Shown piece after piece: positions 34,501 through 46,773 of a stretch of 51,217 nucleotides of DNA (position 1 is the first letter of the stretch; every line of letters begins with the position of its first letter). This DNA comes from Thraustochytrium aureum (taxonomy: Eukaryota). The notes below the pieces were generated by a model. That model was not told where the DNA came from and did not search any database. It was given only the letters and a program-made list of their open reading frames with translations. A program made the translations under genes and the position numbers. Location of the stretch: contig BLSG01000197.1 of NCBI GenBank assembly GCA_012862495.1, positions 186,748-237,964 of the forward strand, in the 5' to 3' direction.

Positions 34501-35343
34501 GAGGGCCTCGGGGGGCGCGGTGGCGGCATTCGTCGCCTCGAATGCGGCCTCGGGGATCTCGCCGGTCGCGGACTTGCTGGTCCGCGGCGCCGAGGCAGGG
34601 AGGAGACCCTTGAGCGCAGCAAAACTAGCAGGGTCCGAAAAGCGCGTCTCGACGTCGAGCCACAGGTCCGTGGTTGTGTACATCGTGAACGGGAACGTCG
34701 CGGGAAGGTCCAGGAGCTCGACCGCTTCCTCCCACGAGGCGCCAGGCTGGACCGGGCGAGCCGCGGGATGCGCGGGCAGCGCGCCGCTTCGCTGCGTGCC
34801 ACCCTTTCGCGCCTGTGTACCGCCGCCTCCGCGCGAGGCCTCGAGGCCGCCCGCGGGGCTGAGACGCGGGTCTCCTCGTCGTCGGCCGACTGCACGCCGT
34901 CCGCAGCGTCGTCCGCAGCACCGAACCGCGAGCTATTTGCAGGAAGGATGAGAGCGGTATCCACAAGCTCGCGATTTCCGCGCAAGTGGAGGTGCGCGGC
35001 ACAGTACGCAAGTTTCTTTCCCGGGCGAGGCCGAAGGTCCACGCTGGACCCCGACTGCAGCGCGCAAATAGGGTGAAAACTTGCTGCACAACCCCGAACT
35101 ACGCACTGCAGGCACGCGCCGCTAGGGCGGGCGCAGACGTCGCACCTCAGCACGCGGCGGCGAGTTACGGCGGCGCTGCCGTGCCCCAAGGTGTCGTTGG
35201 TGAGCTTCGAATGCTTGAAGCCTGTTTCCGGCACAGCGAGCACACAAGCGACGTGCACCCAGCGCGAGAGCGACTTGTTCAGCACGGGTCGAAGCGCCCC
35301 GCCAGGAGCGCGGCACAGGACGCACTGCAGGCGCTCCCTCGTC
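31507..35343 (-). CDS. Extended-PHD (zf-HC5HC2H, Jade/BRPF/AF10-type) chromatin protein with a Q/H-rich C-terminal region; fragmented, single-gene model tentative
   Basis: CVLC...GGALRP...WVHVACVLAVPE...CDVC...GACLQC...CAASFHPICA...YCAAH at about 34990-35330. Downstream same-strand ORF pieces include the Q/H/M-rich segment 32735-33354 and end YPLSQY*. Confidence 0.7.
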
Positions 35344-35989
35344 NNNNNNNNNNNNNNNNNNNNNNNNNNNNNNNNNNNNNNNNNNNNNNNNNNNNNNNNN
35401 NNNNNNNNNNNNNNNNNNNNNNNNNNNNNNNNNNNNNNNNNNNNNNNNNNNNNNNNNNNNNNNNNNNNNNNNNNNNNNNNNNNNNNNNNNNNNNNNNNNN
35501 NNNNNNNNNNNNNNNNNNNNNNNNNNNNNNNNNNNNNNNNNNNNNNNNNNNNNNNNNNNNNNNNNNNNNNNNNNNNNNNNNNNNNNNNNNNNNNNNNNNN
35601 NNNNNNNNNNNNNNNNNNNNNNNNNNNNNNNNNNNNNNNNNNNNNNNNNNNNNNNNNNNNNNNNNNNNNNNNNNNNNNNNNNNNNNNNNNNNNNNNNNNN
35701 NNNNNNNNNNNNNNNNNNNNNNNNNNNNNNNNNNNNNNNNNNNNNNNNNNNNNNNNNNNNNNNNNNGTGCCAGCGCTCCGAGGACTCGCTCGTCCACGGT
35801 GCGTGCGCGCACGGTGCGTGCTCGGCGCTCGCGTCCCCGCCTTCCTCGCGCGGCCGCCCGTGTTCGCGCTCTGCCAACGCCGCTTCGCGCTCCGTCGCAC
35901 TTCCCTTTCGGGCGCTGCGTTTGCGGCTTCACGGTGCCTTCTCGCTCGCTTGCTGGCTGGTCAGTCATTCTCGTTCGTTGCCTTCCCAC

Positions 35990-36196
35990 TCAAGACCCCT
36001 CCAAACCCATCCTCCGCCTCACAAAACCCAATTCAAGACCCGCCTGAACCACAGAGAAACTCAATTCAAGACCCCTCACAACCCTTCTTCACCTCACAAC
36101 ACCCTCTTCAAGACCCACCAAAAACACAGAGAAACTCAAGTCAAGATCCATAGAATCCCTCCTCATCCTCACAAACGGTGTTCAAGACCCGCCTAA
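35990..36196. repeat. Degenerate C/A-rich higher-order tandem repeat anchored on TCAAGA(C/T)CC
   Basis: Anchor at 35990, 36033, 36066, 36108, 36141 and 36182; spacings 43, 33, 42, 33, 41. Confidence 0.85.
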
Positions 36197-36325
36197 AGTG
36201 GAACGCGCAGCTCAAGAGACAAAATCGCCCACGCAAAAGCGTAGGTAGAGTAGGTAGAATCCCCATGGATGCCTCACGAAGCCCGACTGAAAACCACTGC
36301 GGCCTCTCCGCTCTGCAATCTGCGG

Positions 36326-36372
36326 ACGAACGAACGAACGAGCAAACGAACAAACGAACGAACGAACGAACG
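36326..36372. repeat. Imperfect (GAAC)n microsatellite
   Basis: gacgaacgaacgaacgagcaaacgaacaaacgaacgaacgaacgaacg. Confidence 0.85.
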
Positions 36373-36994
36373 ACAGGGCAGAGGCGCGAAGGTGGAGGAA
36401 GCGTGCGGATAGGAGCGCAACGGAAGGAGCGGCCGCGACCGACATGCAGGGATGCATACTTGAGCGACGCAGGGCCGTCTGCCTCTCAGGCGCGAGAGAG
36501 GGGGTGGTGTAGCAGTGGGAGACACCACTCAACTGCTCTTTCCTCTCAGGCCCTCCATAAGCAGGAGCAGGCCAAGTCCCTCTCTACAACATACGTAGTA
36601 GTAGCTACTAGTAGCTAGCTAGCTTAGAGGAGTAGTTGTAGGCTAAAAGGGAGTGAGCAGGGAACGGATGCGATGGTGTTGGACTTCCGACGCGAGGCGC
36701 GAGCCGACTCGCTGGGCCGTCGCGGCGGCGACGGCGCTGGCAGACCGCAGCGAGCTGCAACGGCGCGCGCGGCTGCTGCTGCGGAGAGATCGAGTTGAGC
36801 GAGCGAGCTGCTGCGAGTGGAATCTGGTTTTTTATTGGTATGGTCTTGGGCTCCAAAGCGTTTTTGTCAGTGAGCGGACGCCGCAGTCGGTGCTCAGCGA
36901 GCAGCGACGCGTCCGCGGGTGGTGGTCATTTAGTCGACGTCGCCGGCACTCGATCATCGTCGTTCTCGATCAAGCACGCATGCTCGCTCGCGCG

Positions 36995-39039
36995 CTAGTG
37001 TTGCGCGTTTGCGCCAGAGAGTCCAAAGAGCGACTCCAGGCCCATGCCGGCAAGGGCCGTGGCCGACGGAGCGGCGCGAGCCCGTCCGGTGGGGTCCAGG
37101 CTCGCGCTGCTGAAACTGGTTTGCGTTGTGCAGCAGATGCTGTTGCTGCTGCTGCTGCNNNNNNNNNNNNNNNNNNNNNNNNNNNNNNNNNNNNNNNNNN
37201 NNNNNNNNNNNNNNNNNNNNNNNNNNNNNNNNNNNNNNNNNNNNNNNNNNNNNNNNNNNNNNNNNNNNNNNNNNNNNNNNNNNNNNNNNNNNNNNNNNNN
37301 NNNNNNNNNNNNNNNNNNNNNNNNNNNNNNNNNNNNNNNNNNNNNNNNNNNNNNNNNNNNNNNNNNNNNNNNNNNNNNNNNNNNNNNNNNNNNNNNNNNN
37401 NNNNNNNNNNNNNNNNNNNNNNNNNNNNNNNNNNNNNNNNNNNNNNNNNNNNNNNNNNNNNNNNNNNNNNNNNNNNNNNNNNNNNNNNNNNNNNNNNNNN
37501 NNNNNNNNNNNNNNNNNNNNNNNNNNNNNNNNNNNNNNNNNNNNNNNNNNNNNNNNNNNNNNNNNNNNNNNNNNNNNNNNNNNNNNNNNNNNNNNNNNNN
37601 NNNNNNNNNGCGGCGGCCGCGCGGGTCGCGGCCCTGGTTCTGCAAGCCCTCCATCGAGGCGTCCTCGCTCTCGCGCCTCATTGAACTCAGCAAGGCGGAT
37701 ATCGTGTCCGGAATCGAGACGCTCGAGCCGCGCCGGGAGCCAGCCACCCCGGGCGGGCCCTGTGCCAGCCACCCGTCATTCGCGCCAGGGTCGCCGCTGC
37801 CACGCCGAATGGAGGACAGCAGCGTGTCAATCGTGCCCGAATCAGAAGTGGCAGACGGTCGCCGCGCAGACCCGCCTGACGGGCCAGGGGCCAGCGCGGC
37901 AGCCGCAGCGAGGAGGTTTGCCGCGTCCAGGGCCTTGCCGTCCTCGAGCGCTGCTGGCTCCTGCTTGAATGGGCGCTTGCGGATCGGTAAGGGCCCGGTC
38001 TCTTCGTCGGTCTCCTTCCCGTCGCCGCCGCACCCTTGTCCGTGGGGCGCTTCCGCTTGGTCACAATGACAAAGGCGGGCTGCGGCGGCTTGTTCGAAGT
38101 AGAGTCCGTTGAGGCGCAAGAAAGCGCGGATGACCGGCGCGAGGAGCTCGCGGAGTGCAGCTGCGACAGCTGCGAAAGCGGCGACGCCTCAATGTTGTGC
38201 ACAAAGTTCCCGTAGCGCGCGAGGTCGCGGTAGCGGGTCTTGACGGCGTTCTTCGTGCGCGTCTCGAGCCGCTGCGAGATGAGGTCCCACTTGCAGCCGA
38301 AACGGCTGTGCATGGCGATGATGATCTCGTCCTCCTCGCGGGTCCAGGCTCGCTTTCTCGCTCGCGCGATAGACTTGAAGCGAGTCTTGACCGAGTTCTC
38401 CGTGCGGCCTGGCAGCCGCGCCGCGATCTGGGCCCACCTGTTGCCCAGCATCTCGTGGCTCGAGAGCAATATGGCGTCCTCCTGCTCGGTCCAGGGCGCC
38501 TTGCAGATGTTTGGGTCCAAGTTGTAGCACCACCGCTCCCGGCACTGCTTGGCGCTGCGGCCTGGGACAAAGCTCGCCACCGTGCTCCATTTTGAGTGGG
38601 CGTCCTTGTGGAAAGAGAGCCGCTCCAGGACCCCATTGAGCAGGGCGTCCTCTTCCGGGGACCAGGAGCCCTTCTTTTGCGCTTTCCCGGACGAGGCCTC
38701 GAACCACCGGCGACGAGGTTTTTCGTTTCCGTCCCCGTCGAACTGCTGCGAATCGCCTTCGTCTGACTCGGAATTGCTTTCGTCCCCGCCAAGTTCGCTT
38801 TTCACGCTTGGCCTGCGCGGGGGGCGGGCCGCCTGTGCCGCGTGGGTGCTGAGGTTGCCAAAGTGGGCCTGGTTTCCGGCGTTTTCCTTGCCCGCTTCGC
38901 CAGCGCTGCTTGTCGGCGTCGTCGACAGGGACGACGCGGGCGAGGCCCCGAACGATCCGCTGGCCGCGTGCAGTTGAGGGGGCGCTCTCAAGGAGCCGCC
39001 TTGCGCAGCGGCGGCCGCGGCGGCCAAGAGCTGCTGCAT
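36995..39039 (-). CDS. Myb transcription factor with three Myb repeats; frameshift near 38020 and a gap in the C-terminal part
   Basis: KGSWSPEED...WSTVA...GRSAKQCRERW; KAPWTEQED...GNRWAQIAARLPGRTENSVKTRF; KRAWTREED...GCKWDLISQRLETRTKNAVKTRY. ATG at 39039. Confidence 0.9.
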
Positions 39040-40571
39040 CGTTCCAGCCCGCTCTGCTCTCAGCGAGCTCGAACCCCTGCGCGAACCCCTGTGCAGGGCA
39101 GGATACCGCCCGCCCTGCCTTGTTCGCTCCGGCCCTCTGCTTTCGCCGCCGGTCGCCCGGCGCGGCGTGCTCGGCGGGCGAGGAACACCGTTTGGCGCGA
39201 AAAGCAGGTAGGTGGGTGGGTTTAACGAGTACCAGGAACGAAAAGGGCTGGCTCCCTCCCNNNNNNNNNNNNNNNNNNNNNNNNNNNNNNNNNNNNNNNN
39301 NNNNNNNNNNNNNNNNNNNNNNNNNNNNNNNNNNNNNNNNNNNNNNNNNNNNNNNNNNNNNNNNNNNNNNNNNNNNNNNNNNNNNNNNNNNNNNNNNNNN
39401 NNNNNNNNNNNNNNNNNNNNNNNNNNNNNNNNNNNNNNNNNNNNNNNNNNNNNNNNNNNNNNNNNNNNNNNNNNNNNNNNNNNNNNNNNNNNNNNNNNNN
39501 NNNNNNNNNNNNNNNNNNNNNNNNNNNNNNNNNNNNNNNNNNNNNNNNNNNNNNNNNNNNNNNNNNNNNNNNNNNNNNNNNNNNNNNNNNNNNNNNNNNN
39601 NNNNNNNNNNNNNNNNNNNNNNNNNNNNNNNNNNNNNNNNNNNNNNNNNNNNNNNNNNNNNNNNNNNNNNNNNNNNNNNNNNNNNNNNNNNNNNNNNNNN
39701 NNNNNNNNNNNNNNNNNNNNNNNNNNNNNNNNNNNNNNNNNNNNNNNNNNNNNNNNNNNNNNNNNNNNNNNNNNNNNNNNNNNNNNNNNNNNNNNNNNNN
39801 NNNNNNNNNNNNNNNNNNNNNNNNNNNNNNNNNNNNNNNNNNNNNNNNNNNNNNNNNNNNNNNNNNNNNNNNNNNNNNNNNNNNNNNNNNNNNNNNNNNN
39901 NNNNNNNNNNNNNNNNNNNNNNNNNNNNNNNNNCTCTGCGATGTTGTGCCCGAGCCGTGCCGAGAGTGTGGCGCAAGGCCTGGATTGGTGGATTGATGAC
40001 GAACACGCCCTGGCAGGCTGGCTGGAGGTCGTTGTCGGGTCGCTGCCGCTCAGCTGGCTGTTGCGTTGCGAGCTCGAGCTGCAGAATCTATCGTCACGCG
40101 CGCAATCGCGATCGACGAGCCGCTGGCGTTCCAAGTTGCGCGAGTCTGGTGGGTGGGACGCCGGGATTCGACCCCGTCACGGGAGCGACGGCATGATCAC
40201 CACCCATTAGAGAGAGCCTCTTCGCAATTCGCGGCTCGGGTGAGAGAGCGAGTGCGCGAACATGCGGCAAGCAGGTTGCTCGCGGCGCGGTGCGCCGAGC
40301 GCTGGCTGGCCTCGTCATCGAGCGGGAAGGGATGCAAGTGGTGATGATGGTGAATGAATGGTTGAATGAAGTGCCAAAGGTGCAAGCAAGCAAGCAAGGC
40401 TCCTCCTTGGTGCAGGCGAGCAGGAGGGAGGGCATCCAGAAGGAAAGAAAGACAAGGCAAGGCGGTCCTGTCCGCCCGCTTGGCATTTGGATTCGGGATC
40501 CCGTGACGCCGCCGCAGGAACGGCTCTCGGATTTGGCAAGGCGGAACCCCCGCGCTGGCCCGCCAGACCAG

Positions 40572-43537
40572 CTAGCGCATGCGGACCTTGAAGGCCCAGA
40601 GCTCCACGGCCGAGACGCCAAAGTCGGGCTGCGAGGAGAGCGTCGGGCTCCCGAACGTCTCGCAAGGCCCGCTGGTGCCACTTTGCAAGTCCTCGTCCAG
40701 AAACAGGCCAAACTCTCCGCCCCCGCCCATCGCCATCGAGTCTTCGTTGGCAAGCAGAAAGTACGAGTTCGACCCTGTGGCCCCATACTTGGCAAAGGCC
40801 GGCTCGAGCACGAACAGAAACGTGTCCTCCGCACCGTAGTACCCGCCCTTTACCTGCCACGCACTGCTCGAAAACCCCCCGAGTCGCCCCACCCTCGTCG
40901 CGCACAACAAGTACGCTGGCCTCGTGCTGCGACGCACGCTCGTACAACTGCACGAGCTCCGACCCGTCGCGCGCCGAGCTGAAAATGAGGGTCCAGCCAT
41001 ATCCTTGGTACGCTTCCGGAAGCGCCGCTTCCAGCATCCGCACGTGCTCAGGACGCAAAATCGCGCTGGTGGACTCGAGCTTGGGCAGAAGCTGGTCAAA
41101 CTGCACAGCGCTGCTCTCGTTGGCGCCGCCATCGTCGCCTCCGCTCGGGCTGCGAGGAGGCAGCACGGGGGGCTTGGCCAGGTGAGAAGTCGTCCCTTGT
41201 GACTCCAGTTGAGAGGCACTCCCCGCAGAGGCCGCTTGGCCTGCTTCGTCACGCTTGCCCGGCCCGGCGGGAGAAGGCCCGCCCGACTCTGCCGCGCCTA
41301 GCGCGCCCGGCTCGCCCGGCTCCCCGCGAGCGGCGCTGGAAAGGCTGACGGGCCACTCCAGAGCATGCGCTCCGCGCGGAGCGCAATCCACGAGTGCCAG
41401 AGCTGGTTGACAGAGCGCGGCTCCAGCGCAAGGAGGTCGGTCATCTGGAGCTTGGACTCCTGAGCAATGCGGTTAAAGTCCGCGGAGCCCGCGCCAGCCT
41501 CTGAGAGGTTGAGGTCCAGCAAGAGGAACGCCATACAAAACACGCGGTGCGTGGCCTCGGGCTCGTCAAGCATGGGCCACCACGCCTGCGCGGCAAGCTC
41601 GTCTCCAAACGAGCTCAGCGCTGCGCCGCGGCCCAAACCGCTCTGCCCGTCAGAGCCCCCAGAGCCCGAAACAAACCCGTGCGAAGCTATACCCAGGATA
41701 TCGGCTACCATGCGGCTCACGTGGCTCGCAGCTTGCACAAAGGGAAAGCTTCGCGCGCCGACCATGAGCCGAGACTTTTTGCGGTGGCGGTCGCAAAAGT
41801 ACGCAAGATCGTGCAACGCGGTCTCGCCGCCGCCGCGTAGCTCTTGCGCAATATCCTCGGATACACAGCCGCGTTCGAGCCAGCCTGAGGACACGAGCGC
41901 TACAGGTGGGTTTTCAGGGTCACGCCCTGGCGGAGTGAGTGCGCGCCACACCGTGGCCAGGCTTTGCTGCACGAGGGCAGACCGCCCGTTGGGCTCAGTG
42001 CTCATGGCGCTCCCGCCTCCGACCTCGCCGTGCGACACGCGATTGNNNNNNNNNNNNNNNNNNNNNNNNNNNNNNNNNNNNNNNNNNNNNNNNNNNNNNN
42101 NNNNNNNNNNNNNNNNNNNNNNNNNNNNNNNNNNNNNNNNNNNNNNNNNNNNNNNNNNNNNNNNNNNNNNNNNNNNNNNNNNNNNNNNNNNNNNNNNNNN
42201 NNNNNNNNNNNNNNNNNNNNNNNNNNNNNNNNNNNNNNNNNNNNNNNNNNNNNNNNNNNNNNNNNNNNNNNNNNNNNNNNNNNNNNNNNNNNNNNNNNNN
42301 NNNNNNNNNNNNNNNNNNNNNNNNNNNNNNNNNNNNNNNNNNNNNNNNNNNNNNNNNNNNNNNNNNNNNNNNNNNNNNNNNNNNNNNNNNNNNNNNNNNN
42401 NNNNNNNNNNNNNNNNNNNNNNNNNNNNNNNNNNNNNNNNNNNNNNNNNNNNNNNNNNNNNNNNNNNNNNNNNNNNNNNNNNNNNNNNNNNNNNNNNNNN
42501 NNNNNNNNNNNNNNNNNNNNNNNNNNNNNNNNNNNNNNNNNNNNNNNNNNNNNNNNNNNNNNNNNNNNNNNNNNNNNNNNNNNNNNNNNNNNNNNNNNNN
42601 NNNNNNNNNNNNNNNNNNNNNNNNNNNNNNNNNNNNNNNNNNNNNNNNNNNNNNNNNNNNNNNNNNNNNNNNNNNNNNNNNNNNNNNNNNNNNNNNNNNN
42701 NNNNNNNNNNNNNNNNNNNNNNNNNNNNNNNNNNNNNNNNNNNNNNNNNNNNNNNNNNNNNNNNNNNNNNNNNNNNNNNNNNNNNNNNNNNNNNNNNNNN
42801 NNNNNNNNNNNNNNNNNNNNNNNNNNNNNNNNNNNNNNNNNNNNNNNNNNNNNNNNNNNNNNNNNNNNNNNNNNNNNNNNNNNNNNNNNNNNNNNNNNNN
42901 NNNNNNNNNNNNNNNNNNNNNNNNNNNNNNNNNNNNNNNNNNNNNNNNNNNNNNNNNNNNNNNNNNNNNNNNNNNNNNNNNNNNNNNNNNNNNNNNNNNN
43001 NNNNNNNNNNNNNNNNNNNNNNNNNNNNNNNNNNNNNNNNNNNNNCACGAACACGAGGTCGCGCGCGTCCATGATTGTGGCGGCGAGCCGGGCGTTGAGG
43101 TTTGCCTTTCGTGCGGCCTCGCTTTCGTCAGGCTGAGCGCCTAGCTCCAGGAGCGGTAGCACGACATTCCAGAGCGAGACGCCGGCCTCGCGAACCTCGG
43201 CGACCTTGCCGCCCGCGTCGCGGCGCCGGACCTTGGCAACGGGGCGCAGTCCGTGCCACAGGCTTCGTTCCAGCCAGAGCAGGAGGTCTTGCAACGCAGG
43301 GTCGCGCTCGTCCAGCTCGCAGGCGTCCACCGCGTGCTTGCTGCCGTTGGCCCCATCGCCGGCGCCGGTGCGCCGCTCGTCGCTTGCGGCGGCTCGCAGC
43401 GTGGCAAATTCGACGGTGGCCTGGATCGCTGCTCGGAGCTCGCGCAGCAGCTCGAGGCGCTCTCGCTCGAATCGTTTGCGCCGACGCTCCTTCTCCTCCC
43501 GCGACACGAACAGGTCGTTCGCCCACGACGACAGCAT
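40572..43537 (-). CDS. Multidomain protein with an N-terminal RUN-like domain, an ELMO/CED-12 (ELMOD) domain and a C-terminal TLDc domain; 1-kb gap and two frameshifts
   Basis: RUN-like: LQDLLLWLERSLWHGLR...SLWNVV. ELMOD-like: GWLERG...ELRGGGETAL, FPFVQAASHVS and VFCMAFLLLD...DFNRI. TLDc: WTLIFSSARDG, LGGF, YYGAEDTFLF, MAMGGGGEFGLFLDEDL and CETFGSPTL...VELWAF. Confidence 0.75.
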
Positions 43538-45114
43538 CGTCCCGCGCTCCCGCCGCTCTCTCGCCGCCGCGCGCCAGTCCTCGATGGCACTATGTCCTCA
43601 AGCACGCATTCACTGCCAAGATACGAAACGAGCTTGTTGTGCTGGTTTTGTCGTGGAGCGGGCGGCTCCGCGCGGGTCGCGCCCCGGCCCAGACAGCTGC
43701 TGGAGCGCGTGCGCTCTGCAGCCGCCGCGCTCGCCAGGCCAGCCAGGATTTCCAGGTCGCGGGGGCGTTGCTGGGCGAGGGGAGATGCACGTGGAGTGGC
43801 TCGAGGCTCGAGCAAGAACAGCCTCCGCAAAGCTCCCTCGAGCTTGCTAGTGGATAGCAGAGCTTGCCTGCTTGCATGCTCTAGAGAGCTCTCTGAGCTC
43901 TAGCTAGCTAGGGCTAGCGTACAGGAGGAGAGGGCGGCGGCAGGCCGCGCGGCCTTTGCCGAGGCTGCTTCGCCTTGCCCGCAGCGCCTTCGCCGAGGCC
44001 CAAGTCGCGCCCAGCAGTCACTTGTCCGGGGCCAATTCGCACCGCTCCGTCGCGCTAAACGCCAATCAGCGCCCCTCGGCAAGCGCCGTCCGAGCTCGGC
44101 CGCAGCACGGCGTCAAGCTCGATCGTGCGAGCCCACGTCAATGTACTCAGCCTAAAATGTTACCGTTCAGGGCGGACGAAGGCGCGACGAGCAGCTCTCG
44201 CAAAGCACTGCGCCGGCAAAGCGCTGCGCGGCCGGGCCATCGGCTGGAACAGACAGACTGGTCATTGCTCGCAACGCTGCCTCCCACCAGGAGCCTGCAG
44301 TGGGTGGAGCGTTGCTCCGCGTCGCACGACTTGGCTCGTGTGCAAAATGGTGGGCACTCCGCGAGGTGCTGCCAAGTCAAACAACCAGGCCGCGCACAGC
44401 GCCATCAGTGGAGAGCACCTGGACGAGAATGATGCCAACCAGGACGGGTGCGAAGGGGAAGGCGATGAGGTGGACCGTGACGACGTCCAAGTCGGCTGCA
44501 GCGACGAAGAAAGCGAAGAGGAGATGGCCTGAGCGACGGCAGCGGCTCAGAGTACGACTCGGACGACCCGGAGCGCTGGGGCCCGTATTTCTGGAGGTAA
44601 GCAACGGATTGAGCGAGCCGCGGTATCGCGTGTCTTCCCGGCTGACGCACCGCTTGGCACAACAGCGACACGACAGAGCAGGCGCGAGCTGCGCCAGTGC
44701 AGCGCAAGGCGTGGGACGTCGTCAAATTTGCGACGTTTCAGACATACCGAAGTGAGTTGCCCTGATGCAAATGGGGGCCTTGCTTGGAGGCTGACTAGCA
44801 AGTGGGTTGCGCAGAGATAAACTTCGCTGGAGAGGTCTTGGTGCACTTTTTCGGGCTCGACGGGTCTGGGGACCAGTGGATGCTGGAAGCTGCTGCCAAA
44901 GAGCGCCGCATTGAGCGCGAGCAGCTAGACACGCTCGTACAACGCGAAGAGCTGCAGCGGAGGGGCGCTTGATAGCTAAACGCTGCAAAACGTTCTCGCC
45001 AAGTCCTTCGAAAGCAAAACGCTGCAGAACGTTCTTACCAAATCCTACCTACAAGTGCTTACATGAGTGCAGAGCGTCGCCAAGCGCCCTGGAGATCGCG
45101 GCGCGACAGCGTCG

Positions 45115-45958
45115 TCAACACAAACCGTCCCGCGGGTTGAGCGCCAGGGCGCGGAGCGCCTGGTTTACGCACTCCCAGGTGTCCAAACCAGACGCAATAT
45201 CTTCCTCGGGCAGGTCTGAGCCTGCGTTTATTGTCTCGCCGAGCGAGAGGCGCGGCACAAGGCCCGTGCAAAACGCACTGACGACGAGACCACCGCACTC
45301 TCGCCCTGACGGAAACCGCAATGCGACGGTGGCCAGGCATTGCTCGCCGGCGCGGACCAGGGACAGGTCGAGCTCGCCGCTCGCGCAGCGCGACCCCCTA
45401 AAGCTAGCTGTGAACTGGAGCGAGCGCAGCGAGCTCATGTAGTTGCTTGACAAGAGCAGCCGCTTGCGAAACAGGACCCCGTCGGCGGTGGCGCGGCCGC
45501 CGTCGGGCTCCCGAAACATCTCCACGGTTTGCTGGTGCGCGTGCGACCTGCATGTTAAGTCTAGCCTTGAAACTTCCAGGCCGCCGCGTCCGCTCTCAAA
45601 GTGCACGCCGAGCACCGCGATGTCAAGCGAGACTTGAGGTTTGCGGCGATGGAGGCCCAGGTGCGTCTCGCCAACGCACCGGTCTCGCCACGTCCACGGC
45701 GTCTCTTCTCCCGTTGATCGCCTCCACTTTAAGCCGACCCAGCACTTTCTTTCTCGTCGCATGACAAACACGCCTTTGTCTGGACGGTCGCGCCAGGCTC
45801 CCCGAGCGACCGCCGGAGCTGCGCCGAGACCGCCGTCGATCTGGCCGCGGACCCTTCCACTCTGCCCGATTGTGCCGACGAAGCTCCCGTCCGGCTGCGC
45901 GACAATGCAAACGCGAGCGCCGCGTCCGCTTTCGGTAAACTCGAGCTCGTGCGCGGCT
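45115..45958 (-). CDS. Hypothetical beta-rich protein, 5' end in gap
   Basis: About 280 open codons from the gap edge (AHELEFTESGRGARVCIVAQPDGSFVG...) to the stop at 45115. No family recognised. Confidence 0.5.
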
Positions 45959-46773
45959 NNNNNNNNNNNNNNNNNNNNNNNNNNNNNNNNNNNNNNNNNN
46001 NNNNNNNNNNNNNNNNNNNNNNNNNNNNNNNNNNNNNNNNNNNNNNNNNNNNNNNNNNNNNNNNNNNNNNNNNNNNNNNNNNNNNNNNNNNNNNNNNNNN
46101 NNNNNNNNNNNNNNNNNNNNNNNNNNNNNNNNNNNNNNNNNNNNNNNNNNNNNNNNNNNNNNNNNNNNNNNNNNNNNNNNNNNNNNNNNNNNNNNNNNNN
46201 NNNNNNNNNNNNNNNNNNNNNNNNNNNNNNNNNNNNNNNNNNNNNNNNNNNNNNNNNNNNNNNNNNNNNNNNNNNNNNNNNNNNNNNNNNNNNNNNNNNN
46301 NNNNNNNNNNNNNNNNNNNNNNNNNNNNNNNNNNNNNNNNNNNNNNNNNNNNNNNNNNNNNNNNNNNNNNNNNNNNNNNNNNNNNNNNNNNNNNNNNNNN
46401 NNNNNNNNNNNNNNNNNNNNNNNNNNNNNNNNNNNNNNNNNNNNNNNNNNNNNNNNNNNNNNNNNNNNNNNNCTGTAGCCTGCAGTTATTTGTCCCTGAC
46501 AGAACACTTGTGAGACAGATGTAACCTTGCGTACGACGCTGTTGCTGGAGAGCGAACAAGGACTGAGCGCGCTTTTGAAAGGCATCCTCGAGCGAGATAA
46601 GATAGCAATCCGGCTCGGCACATGGTGCTGGCCTTGCTACTTATACTTGTAAACTGACCTGCCTTTGAGCTCGGCCACGCCAAACACGCAAACCCCGTTC
46701 GCAGCCAACGAGAGCTCGTCCTAGTCGCAGGCTCTACGGGAGGTACCACAAGCTCGAGACGCAGCCAGCCAAG

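Noticed and set aside
35990..36196. CRISPR-like repeat-spacer appearance
   Set aside because: The anchor is only 9 bp, the intervening sequences resemble each other, there are no cas genes and the context is eukaryotic.
44125..44532. Short acidic ORF ending EESEEEMA
   Set aside because: No recognisable family and an unclear start; it may be a fragment but cannot be supported.
44975..45050. Imperfect ~39-bp duplication AAACGCTGCA.AACGTTCT
   Set aside because: Only two diverged copies, with no functional context.
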